64,000 bases of DNA from Balanoglossus misakiensis (taxonomy: Eukaryota > Animalia > Hemichordata): the NCBI GenBank assembly GCA_040954595.2, contig CM082581.2, positions 6,688,699-6,752,698 on the forward strand, given 5' to 3'. Both the position numbers and the translations under genes were made by a program. The notes under the pieces are model-generated. The model did no database searches and was not told where the DNA came from. It saw only the letters and a list, made by a program, of their open reading frames with translations. Of the stretch, positions 34,865 through 46,297 are shown in pieces. Every line of letters starts with the position of its first letter. Position 1 is the first letter of the stretch.

Positions 34865-37800
34865 TCAAACCAGCCCAGGCCAAGGTTTGCCTTTAATCTG
34901 ATTAAGTATCTTCTGCAAGAGACAAAAACAGAGAGTTGACAGAAAATTAAAATGTAATCTATGAAATACATAATAATTAAACAAAGTGGAAAAGAACACC
35001 AGATATCAGTTTTCCAAGAATTGCCGTTCCCTTGGCAACTATTTCTGCGATAACCCATGAATTGTTCAAAAAAAAAGTGACAATACATCTTTCGTAGACT
35101 GAAGTAAATCATACTTCAAGCATAGCAAGAACTGACATCAAAGCGACATGCAACAACATAAAATATACACAGTGCCATCTAAAGCGTTAAATAATCCAAC
35201 ATGTATCAGTTTTACTTGTATACATGTAAACCATTACTACAAGAATGGACTTGTCTGAAATAAAACCCAGTGAAAATAAGCCGACACTAAATATACCCAT
35301 GGAAATATGACAGATACATGTACCATATTTCATGCTTCAACACCATTCATGCATAAATGCATGCCACAACACAAAGACAACAACATGCCCATGTCGGAAC
35401 AAACCATTGGAATATGATAGGGGTGACATGATACCAGAATTAACCATTGGAGTATGGCAGGGGGTGACAGGATGATTTTAACGATGTGCTGGATAGACAT
35501 TTCAGAGGAGAACTACCTTCATTGGCACCGCTATAGTGGCTAAATCTCCCTCTACCGTTGCTATTGGAAGACCTGCCAGTCTGGGGTTAGTTGAGTGAAA
35601 AACGTGGAAAGAGAGAGAGTGACAGACAGAAGGAAAGAATCAAGAAGCAGTTCAAGTTAGCTAACAAAAACCCCAGTTGTAGACCTTGGTTTCCATGGAA
35701 ACCACGTGTGATTATGGACATTTGAAGGTGACCTTGGAAAAAAGTGATGTCTTTGACAGTTGACTATATATATGCTGAGGTTGGAAAGAGACTTTACACA
35801 TCAAATGTAATGCGAGGATGCTGTTATAATTTTAACAGAAAACCAGACAATTTTGGTGGATGACTCCTTGATATAAAGAATAATCACAGAGAGACCGGTC
35901 TTTACCCCCACTGAAAGTTGATAGAAACTGCTGGCATGATTTTTGCCTACCTGTTTATAGATCTGTGCTCTCAGCCTGTTTGTTTTGTGAGCTTGTTGTC
36001 TCTTCTGCTCTTCTTTCTTCTTGACAACTTCTGGTAACTTCTTGTAAATCCTAAATATTCGATGAACAGAAACAAAAAGACTAAAGAATAGCTGTCTCTT
36101 GCATTCTTTTAGACTCCACACAAAAAACTATTGCATTGGGCACAGTGATTTCTGTATGAACATTTCCAAGAGAGCACTATGCCAAAATGAAAGGAATAGT
36201 TCTGTGCATAAGATGTGTTTACCCACAGTGACATCAACTGTACTGTCAAACTGACAAATGACCTAATATATTGCACTCACTTTTCAGTCTGTTTTTTCAT
36301 CTCTTTTTGTGACATCTGTCGTCTCTTAGGATGAAACAGCTGATCTGTAGATACAAACACATGTGAAATGCACGTTAGATCAGAACCTGACACTGTTATT
36401 AAAATACAATGCATCAACTCATGTTAGAATTAAATCAGGGCAAAGATATCTCAAATGCACTGAAAAGGGATGAAAATGAGCAGAGAAAAATCAATGATGA
36501 TGTTTGTGACATGACCAGCGTATATATACACACCACTGTAGGGATGAGCTTGAGGGTTAGATTTCTTGTTGTGTTTATCTTCAAATAATCGGAGTCTCTC
36601 TCTTTCATAGTGTGCCGCCACTTTCCTTTCTTCTGCTGCCAGTTCAATACGCTTCACTCTCTCTCTTGATTTGGAAATAAATTCATATTTCCTCTTTTCA
36701 AGGGCGTCCTGCAGGTGTCAAATAACAAAAGCACATCAAAGTGTCAGTGCCATAGAATGTCCTTGAGGTGTTTTACTTACTGAATATAAAACTGTGCTAC
36801 ACTGCAGAGATAGAAGACTTCTGGTATATAAGAGACATGGGATTCTTCCATTTTTCAATAACAAGCAGGGGGGGGGGAGCCCTGACCTGCAAGGATTCTT
36901 TGTCTTCTTTAGGTTCTTCTGATTTTGTTTGTGTTTCCTTCAGGGGTTTCCTTGGTGGTTCTTGTTGCCACGGTTGTTTTGTAGACACAGGTTGGAACCA
37001 GGCTACAGGGGGACTTACTGGTGAACTGTGAGTGGGAAGAAAAAAAAAACGGTAAAAAAATAATGCTATGGTGAAATCTGTCAGACATTTAGGGCTCTCT
37101 CGTCACAATCACTGTCACAATACAGTACAATATCATTGAAATATGTGGCAGCTTAAAAACAAAGTCATGCAAATGCATCTTACAACACTGAGGGCAAGTA
37201 CGGCTTTGGCAGAGTTATATGTAAATTCAAGCCATGGTTATTATAGGCAATTCTGCTGACAAAAAAATGAAAAGGAACTAGCACAATAGAGCAAACCTAA
37301 ATAAAATGGGGGTGATATGAGAGAGAGGAAAATGCACAACTTTTGTCTTTGGAACAAGTTGGAAAAATTGGAAATGGTCTCTCTGTGCAGTGTGAATGTC
37401 TTCATCATGCTGGTACTCACATTCGATTTCCGTGACTATCAACATCTGGGGTTTCAGGTGTGTAAATTTTGGACTTTTCCACTTTCGGAGGCTGTAGCAC
37501 CTTGAGTTGCCTTTTGACAGTGGACGTCTGAGCCTTGTCTGCTTTGGCTTTGGGCGTCGTTTGTGTTCCCAGGGACACAGTGAACGCCGTCCCCCCTCGT
37601 TTCTTCTTCACCTGCTGCACGTTTGGCGATGGAAATGTGGTGCCGATGTCCTTCGTAGGGACCTCCAGTTCATCCACCACTTTCACCTTTTTGGTTGTTT
37701 TCTTCGGAGCCGGTTTGTTTGGTTTCTTGAACCCCTCGTCGTCAATTTCAAAGTAAGCGTACTGTTTGGCCGGCTTCTCCGGTGCCTTTGTCTTCATGGG

Positions 37801-40800
37801 TTTCTTTTGATATGTGCGGGTTTCCCTGACTTTGTCGTAAGGTTTATCCCTTCGGCTGGCGATGTCGTGCAGCGACAGAGCTCGTTTGGGACGGTCGGGG
37901 GCGCGGCAACAGCTGGCGTCCGAGAAAGAATCTGTGGTCGTGTCGCTGTGCCCGTACTGGACGTCGAAGTCGTCCCTGCTGGGGGCTTTGCCGGTTCTCG
38001 GTCTCCGTCCCACGGTCTCCTCGGTGACGGTGCTCTCGGTGACGACGCTGCTGGCCGAGACCGAGCCCAGGTCCGCTTCTCTGACGGGGCTGAGGGCGGT
38101 CGACTGGGGAGTGGACGACTGCACCCTGCCCCTTCCCAAGCTGCTGCCAAGTCGAGCAGTGTCGACACTGCCTTGATCGGAGGACAGGGACGCGGACGAG
38201 CTGGTGGCCGGACTCTCCTCCTGGATCCCCCTCTGCAGGTCGTAATGCCTCTGTCTCTCCACCCGCTTGGCCTGGTGCCGCTCGTGGCGCTCCCTCTGCT
38301 TGTCGATCTTCCGCTGCAGACGCGCCAGCTTCACCCCCAGGTGCTTGACCCCCCGGGGACCCAGCATCTTGTACAGCCTCTCCGTCTCGTAGCTCATGTT
38401 GGACGCCATGGACGTGTCCGTGACGGTGTCGTGATCCTCCGGGTGGGGAGGAGCCATCTCGGCTTCCAAAATCGCTTGTATCCTGGCAGCATCAATAGAA
38501 GCCTTGTCTTGTCGAGCAGCAGTGGTCCTCCTAGTATCAAGCTCAGTCTGCGGCCTCCTCTGTTGCTGCCCTGCTGCCGTTGGTTGAGTGTATCCAATGA
38601 TATTCATGATTCTCTCCGTTGATATGCTGTCATTAGTACTGGCTGAACTTGACTGGGTCAGCACACTTTCGTCGCTTCTCACTGCTTGTGTTTGATATCT
38701 ACCAAAAATAAATGTGTGTGCAACCTTTACACTGCTGATACAGTATCATGTACACTTTTACTTCACTGACATATTATTTGTCAAAGCAATCATGCAGAAA
38801 ACATTTGCGGAAAGCCAAACTTCAAAACTAAATCAAACAAATCTGATTTTTATGACAAATTCATAAAAAAGGAAAAATAGGAATGCAATGCTTACATCTC
38901 AGCTTTTTCATATCATTCACATGTATGCATGGCAATTGGCATTCACTAATTAGATTATTTATTATTCTGAGCACAATAATGTACAACCCTGTTCCTCTTT
39001 CTTCTTTCAATGCAAGACTTCTCACACGCTGATTTCCACACCTGACATACCTGTATCTAGGAACCTGTTGCTCATGAGTGTCTTCTGCTTCTTCTGATTG
39101 CTGCTTGGGTTCAAATTTCTCGTGTCTCTGCCATTTCTTCCTCCTCCTACCTGGAGTGCCGGACGAGCCGTTTGAACTGGTTTCTGATGCCGAGTCTGTG
39201 TGCCCGGGAATTTCTATAAAAAAAAACAGGTGTAAGAGAACGAGTTTTATTGAGGAACATCATGTTTTTGTTGAAATAACAATCTTTTTAAAGAAAACGA
39301 TCTCCACATTTTTTTTTACCATAGGGTTGTTCATAAACTGATAGTATAATAATAAACTTATGCAAAACTACCCTAGGATAAATATAGACAATTTTACCTG
39401 CCATGCTCCGTACTGTATGCTGAACTGGATTCTGAATAAGACTTGCTAGTCGATCAATCCTGTCTGACATCACACTCTCGCTGCTGTCTTCAGCCCTTGC
39501 CCGCAGCATCTCCTGGAACTTTGCCCACAGTTCTCCCAGCCTCTGGGCGTCTTTGTCCTCCTGTTCCAGAATCTCCTGCAGGACTTGCGTGGTGTACCTC
39601 TGTGCCGGCGGCTGCGGAGCGCCAAAGGGAAGAGGCTGTCCGGATCTCCTGCTGTCGTGCCTCGCTTCCCCCCTCGGAGGCCAGGTCGTGTATCCGTCGC
39701 CAAACTTCCCGAAGTCTCCGACTGCGGGGTCTGCCAGGTGCGAGAAGCTCCTCTCTGCCGGTCGTCTGTGAGGAGGTACAGTTGCATAGTCTCTGTTTGG
39801 CAGCGATGCATACTCTGTCACAGGATGAGGTTGGGGTGGTGGTATTGCTCCGTACTCGGTTTCTGGAGGGCACCTTGCATAGTATCCCTGTGCAGCTGGA
39901 AGTTGGCCGTAATCTCTAGGTGTAAAAGAAGCGGGCAAAGTTGCATAGTCTCTGCCAATGACAGGTCTTCTGTATGGATCTTCCGGGGCCACATATCGGG
40001 ATGGAATTTCCCCTGGCTTCTGTGAGTAGTCGGTGGCACCTACTCCAACCGGTCGAGCGTCAGTTAAACCCTGGTCTTCCCTGGATGGCTTGCTGATTTC
40101 AAACGCTGTTGTCAGGGGCTGCTGCCTCGCGTAAATCCGTCTGACTTCGTCTCTGGAGGGTCTGTCGGCTCGAACGGGGGACCTCATGACCGCGGTGCTT
40201 CTTCCTGGAGGGAGCCTTGCGGGGGGAGATGATGCTACCATGTCTTGGATGTCCAGCCTCTCTTCCTCTCTCGGCATTCTCACCGGTGATGACGAAAGAG
40301 CCCGTATCGGAGATGTAGCCATCGGCTGTTCGTGCAGATACCTCTCTCTTGATTCTAGACTCGTCTCTTTGTCGGTTCTCACTGCAGGAGAAACCCTGGC
40401 TGGTATTGGAATAGGCTTGGAAGATTCCATCCCCCTGCTCTGCGGCCTGCTGTGTGGGCTGCCCGCGAGATCTTGGACCCCCGGCATGCTCGCAGCACTC
40501 TGGCTTTTCAGATCCGACGGATACTCGATGAAAGATCTGGCCGGTCTCGCCGAAAGATCTCCGATATCCAACGGTCCGCCCTCTTCCATCACCAAATCTC
40601 TGGCATTTCTCCTGGATTCGTCCGCAGCAATCCTGCTCAGCATCTGCGACTGCACCGGCGAAGATCCCAGAGAAGCCACTGGCGATCTCGTCCGCTCGCC
40701 GGCTTCAGTTGGGGTCTTGCTCCTCAGGTCACTGGGATACTCGATGAAGGACCTGGCCGGTTTGGATCTCAGACTCTCAGAATTTGCCTCCTTTTCTCCC

Positions 40801-43800
40801 GACGTGTTCAGGCTCTCGGTTGCCCGGTCTGTGTCGGTGCTCTTCTCGCTGATCCTGCTCTTCATGAGAGTAGTGTCCTCGCTGACGTCCCACACATGTG
40901 CTTTCCTCGGGGTGCGGTTGCCATAGATTCCAGTCGGGTGATGAGGTGCCTTGTCTCTCCTGCTGCCAAGTTCACTTGGTGGTATGTATGGACCAAACGC
41001 ATCATCAGAACCTGGTCAGAAAAAAGACAGTGTGAAGAAATATTAAGTATCAAAGAATTGTTTCACAATGTTGTCGTAACTTAATAACTGATATAGCATA
41101 ATGTTTTGGGGTAATCTACAATATCAAAACTGCAGGGGTCCTGCAATAAAATGAAATCATAATTTTGTGAAATAATGCATAGACTGAAAGAAAGACAGTT
41201 TTATATAGACCTTTCAGAGCAAAGTAACATACCTGAATGTGTGCTCTCCATAGTCGTTTCACTCCTCCCGGATGTGATGGTATTCCTTCCGGACGTGGTG
41301 TCGCTCCTACCGGTAGTGACGTCACTCCTTCCAGTGGTTGGCCCACTCCTCCCGGGTGACACGTTATCATCCTGTTCCGGCAGGTATATGTGATACAGCT
41401 CCGAACTGCCCGGCGGCTTGTAAGGTCTCATCACTGGGGGGACCCGGCTTCTTGAGCGGCTGCCTGTCTGCTCATCCTCAAATGTTACCCTGTTATCTGC
41501 TGGTTCAGCTGCTGCGTCCCACGACCTTGCAGGCGGAGTGTACATCGTGTCTCTCTCTTCTTTGCCGAGCCTCTCCGAATCTGGTTTCAGTGGTTTAGCA
41601 GGGCTTGCACTTGCCGGAAGCTTGTCGACACCACCATGTTCCTTAACTGGTTCTTCCTTTTTCCTATCATCTTCAAATGTTTTCCTAAATGTGAAGCCTG
41701 TTTCCTTGCCTCCTACACTTGCTGGGGTGCTAGTGACCGTATACCTGACATCTCTTCCTGCGCGGACATAACCACTTGAGTATGGGGGTGTCTGAGTGTC
41801 CTGAATACTTGTCCTGGCTGTGGATGATAGAGATGGTGGTGGTAGAAAGCCATACAGCACACCTCTCTCTTCATCTCCAATCGGTATCTCTCTCTGCTCC
41901 CTTTGAGGTACTGTGTCCATTGACAGCTGAGCATACTGGACAGATTTTGGCTGCGATGGTGGAGAGTCCCTAACCGTCCAGGCATCATGGATGGCTCGCC
42001 TTACTGCATCATCAGCAGCAGCTAGTGAATCATCTTGTCTTTCCTGGTAGTAAGTCCTCTCTCTCGAGTCTCTTCGTGGACTGGCATCAGGTGATGATCG
42101 CCTTTCGAGATGCTTGTCAATTAGACCTGTAACCTGCGCCCTCAGCTCCACACTCTGGTCGAATCTGTTCTCTGACATTTTCTGCAGCTGCTGCGAAATA
42201 AGATTCTTGGCAAAGTGTGACGCTCCAATCGGTCTGTAGCCAGTTGAGGGGATTGGGGAATAGGGCAGAGAGTCTGTTGTAGTGACGGGCGTTTGCAACG
42301 AAAATGGAGTTACTGGTGCATACTCTGAAGCTCGTGCTGCTGCATCTCCTTCTCTAGCTGGTCTGGATGATCTTAACGTTGTTCTCTCTGCTTCGTCTAT
42401 GATTTGATCAGCGTGATTGACAGGAGATTCCTTTTCAAGGATCTTGCGTACGCGTTCAGCAAGGGACGATGCATCATCTTCACTCGGGGAAAGTTTTGAC
42501 GGTGCAGCCTGGGGAGCTACTTCTCTGCTGTCACTACCGTCATGGAACGTTGCAGAAACTCGTGCTGGTGGACCACCATCAACAAGGCTATCTAATTCAC
42601 CACCAGGTTGTCTACTGCCCGTGCTCACACTTATCCTGAGATCCCCAACATCTGAGGTTAGCCTGCCCGGTAACGTCGACTCCCTGAAACTGGCACCGGA
42701 ACTCAAACGAGCACTTGAGATCGGAGGCAACTCGGCGTAAGACCTTGGGATCTCGGCTGAAGCACGAGTGGGCGCCACCTGCATCTGATCTCTACCCAAC
42801 AGAGCTTGCATGCCCAAACCAGTTCCTTCGGCACTGTCTTCAAGCAGTCTTGCGGCAATTCTGCTCCTGAGACCTGGATCACCTAGGGCACTTCTGCCTT
42901 CAGGTTCTGTCCGTCTAAAGAGTTGCTGTTCATCTCGACCTCCATGTTGAACAATCTCTTCTCTTTCAGGGGAACTGTAATCCTTGGTGAGATCAACTCT
43001 ATACTGAGTATCATCTCTTGCAGTTGCTGAAGTGGTCACAGGTAATGTTCCGTGGGCATCCCTTTCGGCGAGAAATCTTGAAGGAGAAGATTTACCTGTA
43101 CTCGCAGAACTTCTTCTTGAGCCACTTCTTTCATCCGATGGCCTACCTCTGTCAGATGTGTAGCTCTGGGTAGGGCTGGTGGGAAGTGCGCCGTAAAAGA
43201 CGTCCCGGTCTTCACATCCTCCATCGGGTACATCAGACTCTCTTGGTGTGGTTTCCGGATCAGACATTCTTGTTTGGGGAATGTGCTCGATATACTCAGT
43301 GTTGGCGAGAAGAAGTTGCACTCTCCTGTGAAGAGAGTCAGAGCTTTGAGCGCTTGCACCGCTGATGTTCGACGATATTCTTCTTGGCAATTCTTCTGGC
43401 TGAGCTTGGATTTCATGTGCAGAGTGCACTGATCTGGCAGAATCTTGAGGGACATCGTCATGAAGCGAAAAACCAGCAGAAACTGTGGGAGAAGAGAGGC
43501 TTCTCAGCCAGTCGGGTTTACGGTGGCTAGGGGTGGACGGAGTTTTACATTCTGTGAGAGAATCTGGAGATCCTTCTCTGTCTGTGTCACCATCCCTTTC
43601 TTCATCTTCCCCCTGGACCTCACCAGGGACTGCCTGTCTTCTGATGATCTCCTCCACTTCTACATCAGCATGCTGCTTGGATTCGGTCAATGAGTAAGCA
43701 TCCGTGATCTGTGCGGCAAGGTCATCTTCAAAGTCAGCCGACCCAGCTGGGGAACTTCTGTCGGGCAGCTGGTAGGCACTACTTGTATCGATGAAACTGC

Positions 43801-46297
43801 TGCCGTTGAAGAAATCCAATTCAGGACGACCATGCTTCGCCATGACTCGCTCAATTATGGCTCTAACTGAGCTCGACGTGCTTGCCTCGGATAGGGTGCT
43901 GGAGGATGCGGCATGGCGATCCTGAGGGTCGAACTCAAGACCACCCGCCACATCCCTCGTTTGCGACTGAGCCATACCGAGCAAGTAGTCGACTTTCTGG
44001 CTGATGGAATCTGATACATTGGTAGAGTCAGACCCCGTGGGAGAATACGGACGCTTGAAGTGGTAGTCTGTTCCGGCAAGTCTGGCCAGTGAATCTGTAC
44101 GGTCGAGTAACTCGGCGACTTGTCGGCTAATACTGTCTGAGCTGTCTCCGCTACTGTCTGTTTCAGAACTTGGTGGTGAGACGGTGCGATGCCTTATAGG
44201 TTCATCAAACTCCGCAGGGGGTGGAATAAACTCATGAGTCGATGTTGAAAGAGAGTGTTTAATTGGTTCTCTTGACTCCGGAGGCAAGATGATGCCACCA
44301 ACCGCTTCCCCCGTCTCTATGAATGTCTCTATGTCTTGGATGAGTGTCTCTGTCGCTGGTTCCATATCCGGCTCCTGGAATACATCAGACTCTCTAACCG
44401 GTTTCTCTTCATCACCAGCTCCAACATCTTCGCCCAGAAGAAGTGCCACTCTCCTTGATAGCGAGTCTTGGCCGGCAAAGCTGTTAACATTGGCTTTTCT
44501 AGCAGAACGTCTCTCCCCTTCACTGGATGCAGTCTCTTCGCTGCTTTTGGTGGATTCTTCAATCCTCTTTCTGATGTTGTCGTCTTCAATACCATTCCAC
44601 ACGTGGGTGTTTTCGCTATCTTTCTCAGCTGCGACTTCATCAGTTTCATTCAGCGTACTAGATTGCCCACTTTGTAAATCTGAAGGATAATCTATGTAGA
44701 AAGATGCCGGTCTCATTTCGATTGATTGAGTAGAGCTCTGTTCCGGTTCTTGGTCAGCTTCCTGTCTACTTGTTTTGAATTCTGGTTGTAATGTCGAGAG
44801 ATCCAAGGGAAGCTGAACCTCCTGTGCATCTTCACTGCCCTTTGTGACCTCATCGCTAGTTGCAAGAGAATCCGTACTTAGCACACTTGAATCATTTTCG
44901 GCCACATGTGCTGGAACAACCAATTCTTCTGTTGGGGGCACATCGGCTTCAGCTGTAATGTCTTCTTTAGCACCAATAACCCTGATAGTATGGTCATCAG
45001 GTAATGTTTCTGTTTCCGTGTCCGTGTCTTTGGGTTCTGGGGGCAAATCAATCTTGGCAATAGAGTCAACTTCATGTACTACATACGGAGTCGAGGCATA
45101 AATTGGTTGTTTGCCCATAACAGCAACAGAGTCACTGATTATACTCACACCAGCCTTGCTTTGTTGGAATGCAATAGTTTCATCATCAAAGTCAATGTCT
45201 TTCTCAGTTTTTGTCTCTTCAATCGGTGCCATTTCGGATTGCACAACCATGCTTTCAGTGTCATCTTCTTGTGGTGCGGGAAGCATCTCTTCTTCATCTT
45301 TGGGCTGGTGGACAGCATCCAATTCGACACTGCTATCTGTTAGGGTTTTGTCTTCAGCACCTCCGAGTGGATGCTGTGAAATTTCATCACTCGATGAGTC
45401 GACCTGCTCTTCAACATTTACAAAATCATCCAGAGGATGCTCGGATATTTCAGAACCCTCTGATGATTTCCTTTCCGGTGCATTTTCCTCCTCTGCGTCA
45501 GGGATTGCCTCTAAGTGTTCGTGGGGTGGCGTCTCGAGCCCAGAGTCCGTTTTATCTGCCGTACTTTCCAGTACAGAATCGCCTTCAATGGGATACTGGG
45601 ACAGGGAAACGTTCAGATTACCACTCGCAAAATCTGCTGAAATCTCGGCGATTGCCTCGCTCACCGCCGGCTGGCTGGGCCTCTCCACAATCGTCTGCAT
45701 GGTTCGGTCCCCACTCTCCGTGTCTGTCGTCGGCTCCGACGACGTCCCCGTACCCATGGGAATACTCACGTCGCTCACGCTCATTAGCTGATCCGACTCA
45801 TCGGAAGTGAATTCCGGAAAATCTTCCCGGGTAATCCCGATGGAAGAGTCACTAGCACTGTAGTCAAGAGGCATGCTTTGGATGGCGGGATGATCTGAGT
45901 CCTGGCTATCGGAAAATTCGACTTGAGGTATTTCAAAACTGTCCTCTGTTTTTTCGTCCTCTGGATCGGAAAATCTAGGTGTCTCTTCTTCACGAATTCC
46001 CGGACCCTCAGGCACAGATATTTTCATTTCTTGGCTGTCTGCCATCTTCTCCTCTGACACAACAATAGGCAGCTCCTCCAACGTTGAAAACTCTTCCAAG
46101 GAGGAAAATTCCGAGATCTCCTTCGAGGGGGGAGATATATCATTCGGTGATTCCATCAAATCTTTACCACTGACAAAGTAAAAGCTGGAATCATCAACGT
46201 CCACTGCATCAGATTCAGGGGTCGAGGTCACAGTCTTTGCGGCCACAGTCACAGTCTCCAAGGTCACCTCTTCCTCCCAAATGTACCAATCATCACT
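34865..46297 (-). CDS. ALMS1: ALMS1 (Alstrom syndrome protein 1) orthologue, centriole/basal-body protein
   Basis: Exons 41233-46297 (5065 bp), 39398-41011, ~39051-39213, ~37420-38698, ~36887-37026, ~36535-36708, ~36282-36345, ~35951-36050 and 34865-34912. C-terminal ALMS motif: SLQDALEKRKYEFISKSRERVKRIELAAEERK...DQLFHPKRRQMSQKEMKKQTEKIYKKLPEVVKKKEEQKRQQAHKTNRLRAQIYKQKILNQIKGKPWPGLV*. ALMS1-typical blocks: RPYKPPGSSELY, MESTHSGSDDAFGPYIPPSELGSRRD, LGELWAKFQE, DRIDRLASLIQNP. The start codon is uncertain (within the large exon or in an unrecognised upstream exon). Confidence 0.88.
35402..35473. repeat. short diverged tandem duplication (~40 bp unit)
   Basis: aaccattggaatatgataggggtgacatgata followed by aaccattggagtatggcagggggtgacaggatg. 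Confidence 0.55.
35689..35702. promoter_or_regulatory. palindromic RFX X-box (GTTTCCATGGAAAC), last ALMS1 intron
   Basis: Perfect 14-bp palindrome matching the X-box consensus; a second candidate GTTCCCTTGGCAAC lies at 35026-35039. Confidence 0.45.
41254..41339 (-). repeat. coding 21-bp tandem repeat, ~4 units (TTGRSDV TTGRSDT TSGRNTI TSGRSET)
   Basis: Seven-residue periodicity at the 3' end of the large ALMS1 exon. Confidence 0.75.

Noticed and set aside
37507-38622. 371-aa + strand ORF, and other antisense ORFs at 40186-40926, 40452-41084, 45111-45791
   Set aside because: Shadow frames of GC-rich ALMS1 coding exons, with no recognisable domain.
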